Shown: positions 12,529 to 24,720 of the stretch, in pieces
How the letters are laid out: each line of letters begins with the position of its first letter
Numbering within the stretch: the stretch's first letter is position 1
Assembly (NCBI GenBank): GCA_039096225.1
Contig: JBBPEB010000033.1
Span: 930,001 to 994,000, forward strand
From: Blastocystis sp. Blastoise
Taxonomy: Eukaryota; Protista; Bigyra: Opalinata
DNA: 64,000 nt
Direction of reading: 5' to 3'
Made by a program: the position numbers and the translations under genes
The notes under the pieces: model-generated
Databases searched by the model: none
Seen by the model: the letters and a program-made list of their open reading frames with translations, nothing else
Told to the model about the DNA's origin: nothing

Positions 12529-15205
12529 TTTATCTTTTATTACTATTATTATTAGATATATATTCTAATATCTTTATTCAATATCATTTATGATTATATT
12601 AACATAAACCAGTAACTACTATTATTTCTATATAATTTTATTCTTTTATTATTGTGTCTAATATAAATTAATATATAAAAACGATATTAACTATATCTAT
12701 TGTTAATTCCTTCTTAAAATCTCCATCATTTTTGTTTTATCTATTATCCATTATATAGATACAAAATGTATATGTATGTCCATTATAGAAAGGATAAGAC
12801 AAATTCTTATATCTCCGAAGTTAATACAAGATATTCAGTACTATCAGAAGGATGAAATTATCAGTATTTTAGAAAATCAGGATACTATGGATCCAATTAA
12901 TAATAATCTACCTAGTTACTTGTTTGGTAAAAACTTTAAAAGATACGTATATGATGTCATTAATTCAGGAGATATATTCCTTGCATTCTCTCTAACTACT
13001 GATGGAATATCAGTATTTAACAAAGCCGTTACAGAACAAAATATATCATGTAATCCTATCTTGGTTAAATTGCTTAATTATAAGAACAGTAGAAAATATG
13101 ATACAAGACGCTTCTGGACATATACATGTGTTGAAGAAAGACATATTAACGTTATGTTACAAATAGTAGTTGAGGAATTTAGACTACTTTATGAAGGTAT
13201 TGATATGGATGTTGTAATTAATGGAAATATTGAGAAAAAGAGGGTTATTGGAGTTCTTTTAGATGTCTTTGGAGACACATGTGCTATATCTAAAATTGGT
13301 GGGTTTATGGGTCCAGCGTCAACTTACCCCTGCAGATTTTGCAATATGAAGTGCGACAGGCATAAAATATCATTCCACGAAGGTATAAAAAGTTCTTATC
13401 AAACAATAAAGAATTATATTATTTCTACTGAAAACACAATTAATATCTATTATCCATGTACTAATAATCATATGTATGAAAATAGAAGTTTAATAAGAGA
13501 TAATCATGATGATATATCTATATTATATGACTGTTTTATTAAAAGTTCAAAACTTTATGATAATTGTTTCAATAATACATCCTATCATGTCTACGATAAG
13601 GAGGATTACGAAAAAATAAGACATTTAAATCCAAAAATTCCTTCAAAAGAGTCAATTAAAGTTAAAGCATCACCCTTTGAATTACTATCCTATTTCGACC
13701 CTTCCTCTTCATTCTCTATTGATATAATGCATTTATTTGAAAATGTTACAGACTTATTACTATGCCTTTTATTTAACTTTTGTTCTGAGAAGTATATAGC
13801 CAATCTTTCAAAGAAAAGATCTCAAAAGCAATCTTTAGAACTTCTAGGAAAAATAGCTTTAAGTAAAGAAAACATATCAATATTAGAAGAAAGAATTAAA
13901 TGGATTAATAGTTTTTATAATGACTGTGAATATCAATTCCGTTATATTCTTGATGAAATAAAATTTAGGAAACTAACAGCGCATACAAAAATCTACTTTA
14001 TATCAAAAATATTTCCTATTATTTCCTATGATTTTAGTTATACAGACTCAATGATTATTCCTTTAATAGATATATTCGCTGTTATAGTTCATGATGCTAA
14101 TGTATTAACTTCTAATGACACTGAAGAATTAGAGTTACTAAAAACAAAGTGTTTTATCTTCACATTTCTTAGTGATTTAGTACTTCCTAATGAATTGATT
14201 AACTCCCAAGTACATACTATTCAACATTTATCTAGTTGTATAATTAACTCTGGATCGTTATCTATATCGTCTACATGGGAATCAGAGTCTTATTACTCTA
14301 AAGTAAAACACATTACTCAATCAAGGAATGAATTTAATACTTCATGTTCTCTGGCTTTTTATATACATGAAAGTATAAAACTAGCATCTATTAATCAACA
14401 GAGAGAAAATACTAATGATATAAATGAATTACACTTTGGAAGAGTTATTATACAAGAACCTCTATTAAATACATATACTACTAATTATCTTCCTTTTAGT
14501 GAAATAAGAATAAATAAGAAGTATAATTGCAAACCAAATGTTACTAGGGTTTGTGGAAAGAAAAGGTTAGACAACAAACAATTAACTCCTGATGATACTT
14601 ATAATCTTTTATATTTACTTATTAATGAGGATTCTCAACGAATTAATTCTATTTTATTTTATGACATAAATATAGATGAACTCACATTTCAACAAAGGAT
14701 TGATTTATTAAATGATAAATTTATATATGAAAATGTAATAAATAGAATGAAGAATATAATTCCATTTTTTTATTCTCAAATTCTTGTCAATGATCGAATA
14801 GTGTTTTCTATTTCAGAGATAGATCAAGGAGTAGAACGTATAGATAACTCCTATCTTATGTATTTTGATAACAACGATAGATTTACACCTCATTTAATTA
14901 AATCATTATATTATATTCAAATAGAGGATAGAATGTTTATTAGTTGTTATGATTATCAGGAGTCATCACCATCAACAACAAATCTATATTATTTTTTTAA
15001 TTCATCAATAGAAAGAAGATCACACAATAAACAATTAATAAGTACACAATATAGAATAGGTTATAATAGGTTTATGCCGGTATGGAAGTTTCTTGCATCA
15101 AATATTATTGTTTGTGACGTAAACATAGCAGGAGTAAAAGATCTTGCTCAATATAGAAAGGTATATAATATATTAATATCTTTAATTATTAACCTATATG
15201 TATAG
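9066..15205 (+). CDS. CACTA/En-Spm (Tnp2-like) DDE transposase, 998 aa; exons 9066-9120, 9216-9370, 9414-9753, 12759-15205
   Basis: The 809-aa ORF has En/Spm motifs (LTTDG, DTCAISKIGGFMGPASTYPCRFC, IDIMHLFE, HTIQHL..GSL..STWESES). Three upstream exons join through GT-AG introns in matching phase, total 2997 nt. They supply the N-terminal Cys cluster (ISNCCQQ..VCNNTSC) ahead of CMSIIERIRQIL. Confidence 0.85.
9760..12492 (+). mobile_element. Non-autonomous Helitron (2.7 kb) inserted in the (TA)n of transposase intron 3
   Basis: The 5' TATATATCATTACTATATATATGAGAATAGG matches the other copy. The 3' hairpin at 12446-12482 is followed by CCCTAG|T at 12492, flanked by (TA)n. No RepHel ORF. Confidence 0.85.
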
Positions 15206-15849
15206 AAAGTCCATGATAAAAAGAAAAGATCAAACAGTAAAGTTAAAACAGTATCAGAAACAGAAGTAATTACGTATACAGTATATATTCCACGAGATAA
15301 CATAAAGAATAATGGACTTCTATCTAAACAATAATCAAAGTTAAAAATAGTACTTATGATATTCATGTTTAGGAAAAACAAAATTAGTAATATCTATTCT
15401 TATCATTTCTTTTATAGTATTCTATTTATTATATTTTAGAGTTTTTAAAACACCCATTCTTTTTCATTTTTCTATATATAATCATTTATTCAAAATTTTT
15501 GTTCGGTTTTATAATAACATTTCAAGACAAATCTAGTTATTTAAACTATATGTTGCAAAAACAATTTATTTATATCATTTTTTTTATCAATTAAATTCAA
15601 TAAATTGAAGCATCTATTATACTAATATTATTTTTTTTAGTATTCACTAACAATTAAAATTAATTATGAAATTAAATATCAATAATGTAGAAAAACTTAA
15701 AGAATACAAAACATAACTTATTTATAAATGTATATATATTTGAGTTAATAAGTTTTTCAAGAATGTATATCACACTTTGAGTCCTTTCAAAATGTTATTA
15801 TTTGCAATAGAACATAAATTGGACATTAATAGAAGTGATAAATGTTAAA

Positions 15850-17300
15850 TCTATTATATTATAATTTTAGAAACAAATCTTAGGATGACCAGAAAGAGTT
15901 AGATGAATATTTATTAAGAGATGTAACAAGAAAAGTAACAGTAATATTATATTTGGACAATAAGCACAGTAGTATCAATAATTCTAGAATGAAAAATAGA
16001 ATATAGGTAGTAGTTAAAGAATAAACATTATTAAACTAAATTCTAGTTTTAATAACGGCAAAATGAAGTCATTAATAATTTGAAACCAATTGTTAAGGTG
16101 ATTTCATTAATTGTAGAGCAAGCAGGAGAAATAATAGTAGATAAATAATATAACTATTACTACCTGCAAGAAAATGATAATTACTAACTATATCATGTAT
16201 AAACACGGTATAAAAAGAATGAAAAATATGCAAAAGATTGAAGAAACAAGTAATAATGACGTAACCATATAAAATATAAGTAGTAATATGACAGAATAGT
16301 AGCATAAGTAGTATCGGAAGCTGCAAGATAAGTAGTAATAAAGTAATAATGAAATCATTATTAAAAACATTCACTTGTAATAATACAGTAAGATAATAAC
16401 ATAATTAGTAGATAATAATAAGAGCATATTTTGATAATTTTACATATTATAATACATATTATAAGTAATGATATAGATTATTATATTGGTGTTTTTAGAA
16501 TACAAATTTAAGTAGCAAGAAAAGTAGTAAAAGGATAGCTAATAGAAAAAGAACAACAACATGATAAGGGCAATTATACAATCATGTAAGTTTTATTAAA
16601 GTGAGTAATTAAAATCATATTCAGGCTAGTAGTAGGATAAGTAATAGTATGATGACAACAGGAAATAGTAGAATGAGAATAGTTAATGAAAAATAATTTC
16701 ATTGTAGTTGAATTTATAGATGCAATATTATTTGTAGCAGAAACAAATGAAAAATACAATTAGCAAGATAATTATCAGTAGTATAGAAGTACTCATAGTT
16801 ATTAAATATATTCTAGAATCAGAATAGAATAAATACTTGTATTGGCACGATAATAAGTAGTATAACAAATAGAATAGACTGTATTGTTAAAAGTAACAGA
16901 CGATATTGTAAAAGTATGTAAACAATAATAATTATAGTAAAGTAGAAGAGAATAGTGAATAGTACCAGGCACAGAATTACTAGTAGAACCAATTATTTTA
17001 ATCTGATAAATACTAAAGAATTTTGTAGAACTATTGAAATTATCAGTACTAAAACTCGAAGTATAGCAAGTTCGATAAATAGTAGCATAAATAGTAGGAT
17101 TAGCAATACAATTATATGGCAAATAATCAAATAGCCATAAAAAAAAATCGTAAAAATTGAAAAAACGATACACATAATGAGTAATATGTAATTACTTAGT
17201 AATAAAGAATGAAGCTAATATTTTGTATTACGATGAAACCAATAATACAATGATAAAAATTGCAAATTAGTATATAAGCATATTAAGAATGAAAGGATAG
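15850..17300 (-). pseudogene. Decayed Thr/Ser/Tyr-rich surface-protein-like gene inside the CACTA
   Basis: Fragmented minus-strand ORFs (e.g. TIYATIYRTCYTSSFSTDNF..IYQ..GSTSNSVPGT) with the same codon/strand signature as the host gene at 34-41 kb. Many stops and frameshifts. Confidence 0.4.
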
Positions 17301-17319
17301 TAGATGCAATTAAAGCAAT

Positions 17320-17890
17320 AATTGCAGGATAGGAAACGACATGACTCTATTAAAAGAAATATAGGAAATATAGGAAGAATTGTAAATAACAAATTCGATA
17401 ATTAAAATAGGAATAGTAGTAAATAATAAATCGTTGATCTAATAATTAGGATAGGAAGAATAGAAATAATAATACAAATTGATTCAATAAATAGAAAGGA
17501 AGAATAGGATGAATAAGAATTAATTTTTGTATATAATTGATCTAATAAGTATAATAGGAAGAATGGAAATAATAATAAATTATTGTATATAATTGATTCA
17601 ATAATTAGAATAAGAATAATACGAATAATAGTAAATATTATTAAATAATAAATTCAAGAATTCAAATATGAAGAATAGGCATAACAGTAAATTTTTGTAT
17701 ATAATAGATCTAACAATTAGAATAGGAAAAGTAGAAATAGTAGTAAATAATAAGTTATTGATCTAATAATTAGAATAGGAAGAATATATATAATAATACA
17801 AATTGATTCAATAAATTATTCAATAAAAAGAAAGGAAGTATAATAAATAATTGTAAATAATTGATCAAATAATTAGAATAATAATAGTCA
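17320..17890. repeat. Degenerate minisatellite, ~50-60-bp unit (aattgatctaataattagaataggaagaatagaaataataata), about 10 copies
   Basis: Recurrent ttgatctaataa..aataggaagaa motifs at ~17435, 17538, 17595, 17705, 17758, 17862. Confidence 0.65.
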
Positions 17891-19078
17891 TTAGTAGCCT
17901 AAATTAATGGTAGAATATATAATTAAAAAATTCAAATCAAAAAGTATATATTTCTCTTTTTTAATTATAATTAATGCTTCTTTTTACCTATAAAAATAAT
18001 ATTAAATAGATTATAAAACATATTGAATCAATATATAAAATATACTAATGAAAAATAATTGAAATATGATATATTAATTAAAACATTTTATTCTATACTT
18101 CTACTATAAAGGTAATAAGAACCACGTAATCATTCACTGGAAAAAAATTCTTTTACCATAGAAAACATTAATTTATGATATATCTAAATAGACGTATAAA
18201 TGAATAAATGTAAATAAATATACACATATAAAGAAAAAAGAAAATGTGAACTCAAATCTACACTTTTGAAAAATATTATGGGATCAAACTACATAAGTAC
18301 ATTCTGATACCCATGCTTATGTTTGAAGTAAACCAAATTTGAGTCTATATATAAATAAGTATGAGATACAATACACAATGCTAAAAGATAACAATGTTAT
18401 GCTTACATATTTGATTATAAATACAAATTATGATCACAATGAATATTTTTTGATATTGATAACATAATATATTTAAAAGATAAAAGAAGAATGTAATAAC
18501 AAACAGTCCTTTTGGAAAAAAATTCTATTTAAAAAAATTCCCATGAATTGAATTTTTTAACTTCTTTTCTTTTTAAATATAAATACCGACAATAAAACGT
18601 TTTACAAGTCAGAACACACACTATTCAAACTTGCTTTTTATATTCCATCACTTTCAAAAAGTGGATGAAAGAAAATCATTTTGTCAACAGTCCTAGAGAT
18701 TGATACAAAGTCGTTTAATAATTGTTGACATCACTCAAATGCCACATCTGAAGGAATGAGATGTTTTAAGACATGATTAAAAGACTTAATTATCTGGAAC
18801 CTTCAAAATAACTATTTCTAGGTCTCCAATACAGTTATTTTATGATGATTATAAAGTGCTATATAAAACTATTCATAAAATAGTTATTAGTATTTGAAGG
18901 TCTTATTAATACAATAAAAAAAGTTTCAAACTTCTAAGTTGAATTCTTATTCCCGTAAATATATTTAAAAAAAACAATTCTGGTCTGAACATCCATCAGA
19001 CAAAATGGCCTTGTTTTTTCTGTTCACTGTAAAAAAATTAGTTTTTGGTAAATACTGGTATTGACCCGTAATAATATA

Positions 19079-19212
19079 TTTTGGGTGTTTTTATGAAAAT
19101 TTGGTAATTTTCAGGTTATTTTTGTATTTCAGTTGTATTTCCCGAAGGGAAATCAAGTGAAATCAAAAATACCTGAAATATTACCAAATTTTCATAAAGA
19201 AAACATCCAAAA
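19079..19212. repeat. ~134-bp imperfect palindrome with C-GAA-G triloop upstream of the tyrosine recombinase
   Basis: The arm tatgaaaatttggtaat-tttcaggttatttttgtatttcagttgtatttccc pairs with gggaaatcaagtgaaatcaaaaatacctgaaatattaccaaattttcata around GAA at 19144-19146. Confidence 0.9.
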
Positions 19213-19766
19213 GGTATTTTTCAAATTTTTAAATGGAAATTTTCGATTTTATATAATATAACAGAACCATTATTTACATGAAATGTTACTACATACTTAA
19301 GCTATGAAAACATTAATTCATTAATGAATGATTCTATCTCATACTATATTTAAAGAAAAATAAGAATTAATATTCCTCTTAGCACCACTAACTAATAGCA
19401 TAACATAATATATGAGTGATTAATAAATTAATATTTGATATTTTGACATTTTTTTATAAATATTGTCCAAACTAGATATTTCTATTTCTATGACTTTATT
19501 AAAGGCAAATATTGATATATAAACTGGTCATGAATATAACTATACTATCATATTATATTTATTTTATTAGTTATTTAGTTATGTATGTCTTTTACAATGT
19601 TTTAAATGAAAATAAAAATAACTGTACATTTTTATAATGAATTTAATACAAATAGATGATTATTAAACACATATTTCATAATATACATAGTAAAAAAGAT
19701 TAAAATATAAATAACTAGTAACAAATTTATTTGACATTACATTTTTAATTATTTTTTATTTTTGAT

Positions 19767-20867
19767 ATGAGTGAGATAACGGAACTTAAGAATATAATAC
19801 CTTCTAAAAGTGCCCCACGATATACTATTTATTATAATCAATTTTGTGATTACTCTAAACAGCATGATCCTAAAAATGAGAAAACAAGGGAAGTATTATT
19901 AGAATCCTATATACAATATCTTATAGATAATAAAATGAAGCCTAAAACAATTAAAACCCGTCTCTGTGCTACATATAGAATGATATCAGCTAAGGAAAGC
20001 TATATCATAAACCAGGTAACAGTTGAGAATATTAAATGTGCTCTACGTAACTATACCAAGTTGTGTCCTCCTCCGAAACAAACCCCTTTCTTTTCAGAAG
20101 AACAATGCCGGCAATTTCTTGATAATCCATACAATGATTTGAAGATGATACAGTTGAAAGCTTGTATGGTGATAGCCCTTCACGCTGGAATGCGTCGTAG
20201 CGAAATCTATGATTTAAAGAGAAAAGATTTAGAATTTCTTTCTGATGGTGTTCATATTAATATTGAAAGGAGCAAAACAGACCAGTCTGGTGAAGGATTT
20301 ATTGCAATAGTACCAAGAGAGAAAGAGAATGATTACAAGCTATATAATATAGTGAAGAAATACTATGATACCTTGCCAACTGATCCAGAAGGACCCCTTT
20401 TTCCATCTGTTACTGATGATACATTTGATATGAGAAAGACTGGAATAAAGGCAATTGGTGATTATCCTCGTAGAATAGCTACACTCCTTGGACTTGAAAA
20501 TCCTGATGCTTACACAGGACACTGCTTCAGAAGAACGATGGCGACTCTTGCTGCTGAACATGGTGCGACATCTGATGATCTCATGAAGCAAGGAAGGTGG
20601 AAAGGACATGATGTAGCTAGTCATTATGTTGGAAATACTAATAAGAGAAGATTAGAATTAGCTAAAAGAATCTTACCTCCATCTCCAAAGAAGAAGAATG
20701 CTGATATGGTTTCTGTTTCTGTTTCTCCTACTCGCGATCAACTGGGGAATGTTATGTCTGCTTTATTTAATAACTGCAGTTTAACATCAACTACTATTAA
20801 TATAAATGTAGTGCGTCAAAAAGAAATAAATCAGTCTCAAACGATTTCCCAAGAATTTTCTATTTAA
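19767..20867 (+). CDS. Tyrosine recombinase (phage-integrase family, Crypton-like), 366 aa, intronless
   Basis: Full catalytic set: GMRRSEI (R), RSKTDQ (K), YTGHCFRR (HxxR), GRW (W), VASHY (Y). An N-terminal core-binding-like region and a C-terminal FNNC..TININV tail are present. Confidence 0.92.
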   Translation: MSEITELKNIIPSKSAPRYTIYYNQFCDYSKQHDPKNEKTREVLLESYIQYLIDNKMKPKTIKTRLCATYRMISAKESYIINQVTVENIKCALRNYTKLCPPPKQTPFFSEEQCRQFLDNPYNDLKMIQLKACMVIALHAGMRRSEIYDLKRKDLEFLSDGVHINIERSKTDQSGEGFIAIVPREKENDYKLYNIVKKYYDTLPTDPEGPLFPSVTDDTFDMRKTGIKAIGDYPRRIATLLGLENPDAYTGHCFRRTMATLAAEHGATSDDLMKQGRWKGHDVASHYVGNTNKRRLELAKRILPPSPKKKNADMVSVSVSPTRDQLGNVMSALFNNCSLTSTTININVVRQKEINQSQTISQEFSI

Positions 20868-21331
20868 AATGACTTGAAAACACTTTGTTTTCAGTCTTTT
20901 TCAATTGTAAACTGAATTGTTTTCAGGTTTTTTTGTTTTGTTAAAAAAATTGAAATTTTCCATAAAAATTTGAAAAGATCATTTTATTAATTTAATTCAT
21001 ATTATTGACTCTTAAAACAACATTTTCTTCAAACTGAATAATAAAAAATCATTAAAATACTGACTCCATTAATTATTAAAATTGTGATTGTTAAGATAAT
21101 AAAAAAATATTTTACATTATGTGACCAACAGAAGAAAGAAAATGATGTCAATTTGAATATATAATATATATAATATAGTTTTTAGAGTCAAAAAAAGGAG
21201 TTCACTAAAAAAGTCTCAAAATTTTGTCAAAATTTCTATATTTTGACTAAGTCTCTAAAGGAAGTCTTTTTTTATTGGCCAAATTTGTAGTTTAATGAAA
21301 TTAACCAATCAAAAGCAAAATATGTTTTAGG

Positions 21332-21345
21332 AAAACCTCATAGTG
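21332..21345 (-). repeat. Right terminal inverted repeat of the CACTA element
   Basis: AAAACCTCATAGTG|tat. Confidence 0.9.
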
Positions 21346-21574
21346 TATGTAAAAAATATATATATGATGATATATATGAGAGTCTATTTAAATAGCATAT
21401 ATATTGAGTTCTATACATTATAAAGAGAAATGGTGCATTTTAGTAAAACTGAATGAACAAAACAATGTGAATATGGGAAAAATAAAGCAATTCTTATACA
21501 TATATAAAAAAAGTAATTATTGTAAATACACTAAATGATTTACAAATGCTAATAATATGTTATAAATAAATGTT

Positions 21575-23540
21575 TTATTCGATATTTTTCATCTTAATAA
21601 CATAATATTCCTGACAAGGAATTTGTCTAATGTTAAGATTGGGAAGTGTAATAGTAATATTGTCACCATCTATAGATGAAAATAAATAGAGAGATATATA
21701 ATAATTATGTTTACTATATTTATGTAAATAATATAATATATATATATATAATTAAAAATAAGAATATATATATAATAACAATATCAATAGATACTTTTCT
21801 TGAATTCGACTGGTTTATCGGATCCCATTAAGGTCATAGTACTGTTATTATTGAGAATAGGAGAGGTAATCGTGACCGTATTCTCTACAGGCCATTCAGG
21901 AAGTATTAAATAAACAGCACTTAAATCCTTACGTTCTGTGAAATATACTTTCTTATCTTCATCTTGAACTCTCCAAGGAATACTCTTATATATAGCTTCA
22001 CCGTTGACTTTCATCCAATCACCAAGTTGAAGAAGACGCTCTTGAATAATAGGAATAATACGACCATCACCTGTAGGTCCAATGTTTAATAACTATAAGA
22101 TAAGTTATATATTATTGAAATTATTAAATAGATAATATTAATATAATATTAATATATAATAACATATAATACTAACATAATAATGAATAAAATATTATAT
22201 AATAATAAATATAATAACATATAATATTAACATAATAATAAATATAATAATAACAATAAATAAAACTACTATATAAATACCATATTACCACCATAAGCGA
22301 TAGTAGGAATAAGTTTATCTAAGAGTTCTCTGAAAGTAAAGAATTTATTCGTATAGAAGTCTTCAGTTCTATCATACCCCCAAGAGGTCTTTTGAATGGT
22401 CATCGCCATTTCCCATTTATGAGGTAATAAATGACCAGGTTCATAACGATCGGGACCACTATAATAACCACCATGATTCTGACGCGTATCCTTACCCCAA
22501 CGGTCATTAACGACAACAGTATCTTTTACAGGAGACTCATTATATATATATATATATATATATAAATATATATATATAAAGAAGACTATAGAGGATACTA
22601 TGAGTAATATTCATTTATATTATAAGTGTTTATATATATAAATAAAAGAAGAATATATAGGATGCTATATACATATATATAGAATGACATACAACCAAGC
22701 AAGGAATTCTTTCGATCTCCAATATTCAACAGGTGCCATATATTCACCATCCCCCCAAAGGAGATCAGGCTTATAAGTATTCACTAATTCTTTAATCATA
22801 GGAAGATAATGAGTATCGACATATTGTTGAGTTTTCCAACTATTCTTTTGATCTTGAAGGAATAAAGGATTGAACCATTCATATAAACTATGATAAGCAC
22901 CAAAGGTCATATTGTGTTTACGAACAGCAGTAGCTAATTCACCAAGGAGATCTCGATGAGGACCTACATCCTTAGCATTCCAATTCCAAGTATATTTCGA
23001 AGGAAACATAGTGAAACCTTCATGATGCTTAGAAGTTAAAACAACATATTTAGCACCTAATTATCAACAAAAATTATTGAAAAAAAAGAGAATTAGTATA
23101 AATAATATAATTATAACTAACTAGAAAATAACTAAAATCATTGAACATACCAGACTTTTGAAATACTTCAGCCCAACGTTCAGGATCGTACATTTCAGCT
23201 TTAAAGTCTTTAACAAAGTCTTGATACTTGAAGTTTTCTCCATAAGTTTTCTTATGGAACGCAACAGTCTCAGCATCACCACTACTAAGCTTTTGCCTAT
23301 AAAAAAGATTTGTATACTAAGTGTGAATAATCAATAGAAACAAAACTCTTATATAATTATCAGTAACTCATACCAGTACCATTCAGTTTTGAATGAAGGA
23401 ACAGCAAATAAACCCCAATGAATGAAGATACCTAACTTAGCTTCATCAAACCAAGAAGGAAGAGGACGGCTATCAAGAGACTCCCAAGTAGGGTCATAAG
23501 CAAGTGCTAAAGCAACAAATAATAAGCATAAGAATCTCAT
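21575..23540 (-). CDS. FUCA: Alpha-L-fucosidase (GH29), secreted, multi-exon
   Basis: Signal peptide, then [86 protein letters not shown]. Stop TAA at 21577-21575. Confidence 0.95.
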
Positions 23541-24720
23541 TGCTGCCAGTTAACAATAAAATAGAAATGAATATTTCTGGTTAATACTTCATTTTGGAGA
23601 AACTTGACAGTATTCATGATTCATTCAATTCTAAAAGAAATAACAGCGATTATTTCGATTTGAATAAGACAAGTTCTCATTCTATTCATGAATATTCTTA
23701 ATGAAGAAATAGACTATAAAGAAAACGAATTGGGGAAATAAAAAACACAAAAGTGTTGTTGAGAACCAATCAGAATGCCAATAATCAAGAATGATGACTC
23801 AATCTTTGTTTTATTGTTTTTATAGGAACAATTTGTAAACTCATTATTCTTTCATCTTCAATATTGATTATCTCTTGGATAATTCCTTTTTTAGTTTCCA
23901 AAATAATATTCAAAATGTAATTAGTTCCATAAACATTGAAATGTCATGTTTCTATTTCGTTAGTAATCATTTAAAAAATATAACATTTTCGTTTATTTCA
24001 TATAATCTTTTCTATGATTGGTAATTTATATTTCTTTTTATGAATCCACAATATGTATGGAATAGTTAGATATCCAATTTATTAAATAAAAAAATACGTT
24101 GAAAGATTTCTTTAGAAAGCCATAAAAGTATTGAAAACGTCAAAATAATCCTTGTCATGAATAATACTAACAAAAAAACTTTTTTCTTTAAGATTTGAAA
24201 GAAAAAATAATAATTGATGTAAATACTCTGAAAAAAGGAACCCAATAATTATATACATATTACTCTACTACATTTGAAAAGTTGTTTTATGACACTATTT
24301 CTTATTTTCGATCCAATAAATAATAGGAATATAATTCTTTTAAGAATTTGAAAGAAACACAAGTCAATCCCATTCTATTCGATGAGTAAAAATCATTTGC
24401 CCAAACTTGATAATATTCCCAAGAAATATCTAGAATAATAAAAACCACTCTTTCTTCTAGTTATATTGACATAAAAAAATAAAACGAAGTGTAAAAAAAG
24501 ATATTTCCCAAGAATATATAGGAAATACATGGGTGAATACACAAATAATAACGATTTTAAGGGTCACTCAACAATATATCCAGAAAATAATAAAAACCAC
24601 TCAATTCTCCATGATAATAACCACAAATTTATCGTTTTTCTCTAGGCTTCTTTTCGTTTTTTTTACATTGTGTGGTCTTCTAAAGTTAAATATTTTTTTG
24701 ATTGCATTATATCTTCAAAC

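Larger units (their letters stand above)
828..21345. mobile_element. Giant (~20.5 kb) CACTA/En-Spm (CMC) DNA transposon
   Basis: Left end CACTATGAGGTTTT (828-841) and right end AAAACCTCATAGTG (21332-21345) are exact reverse complements. The identical 3-bp flanks TAT (825-827, 21346-21348) are the canonical CACTA TSD length. An En/Spm-type transposase lies inside. Confidence 0.9.

Noticed and set aside
15850-17900. Alternative genetic code explaining the many TAA/TAG
   Set aside because: Conserved genes (MTR4, Ran, fucosidase) have no in-frame stops within exons and terminate with TAA, so decay explains the region.
19025-19037. CACTGTAAAAAAA (and CACTGGAAAAAAA at ~18136) as TIR of a nested En/Spm element
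   Set aside because: No matching inverted partner with a TSD was found in the window.
20340-20624. 94-aa ORF antisense to the recombinase
   Set aside because: Shadow ORF of a relatively GC-rich coding sequence.
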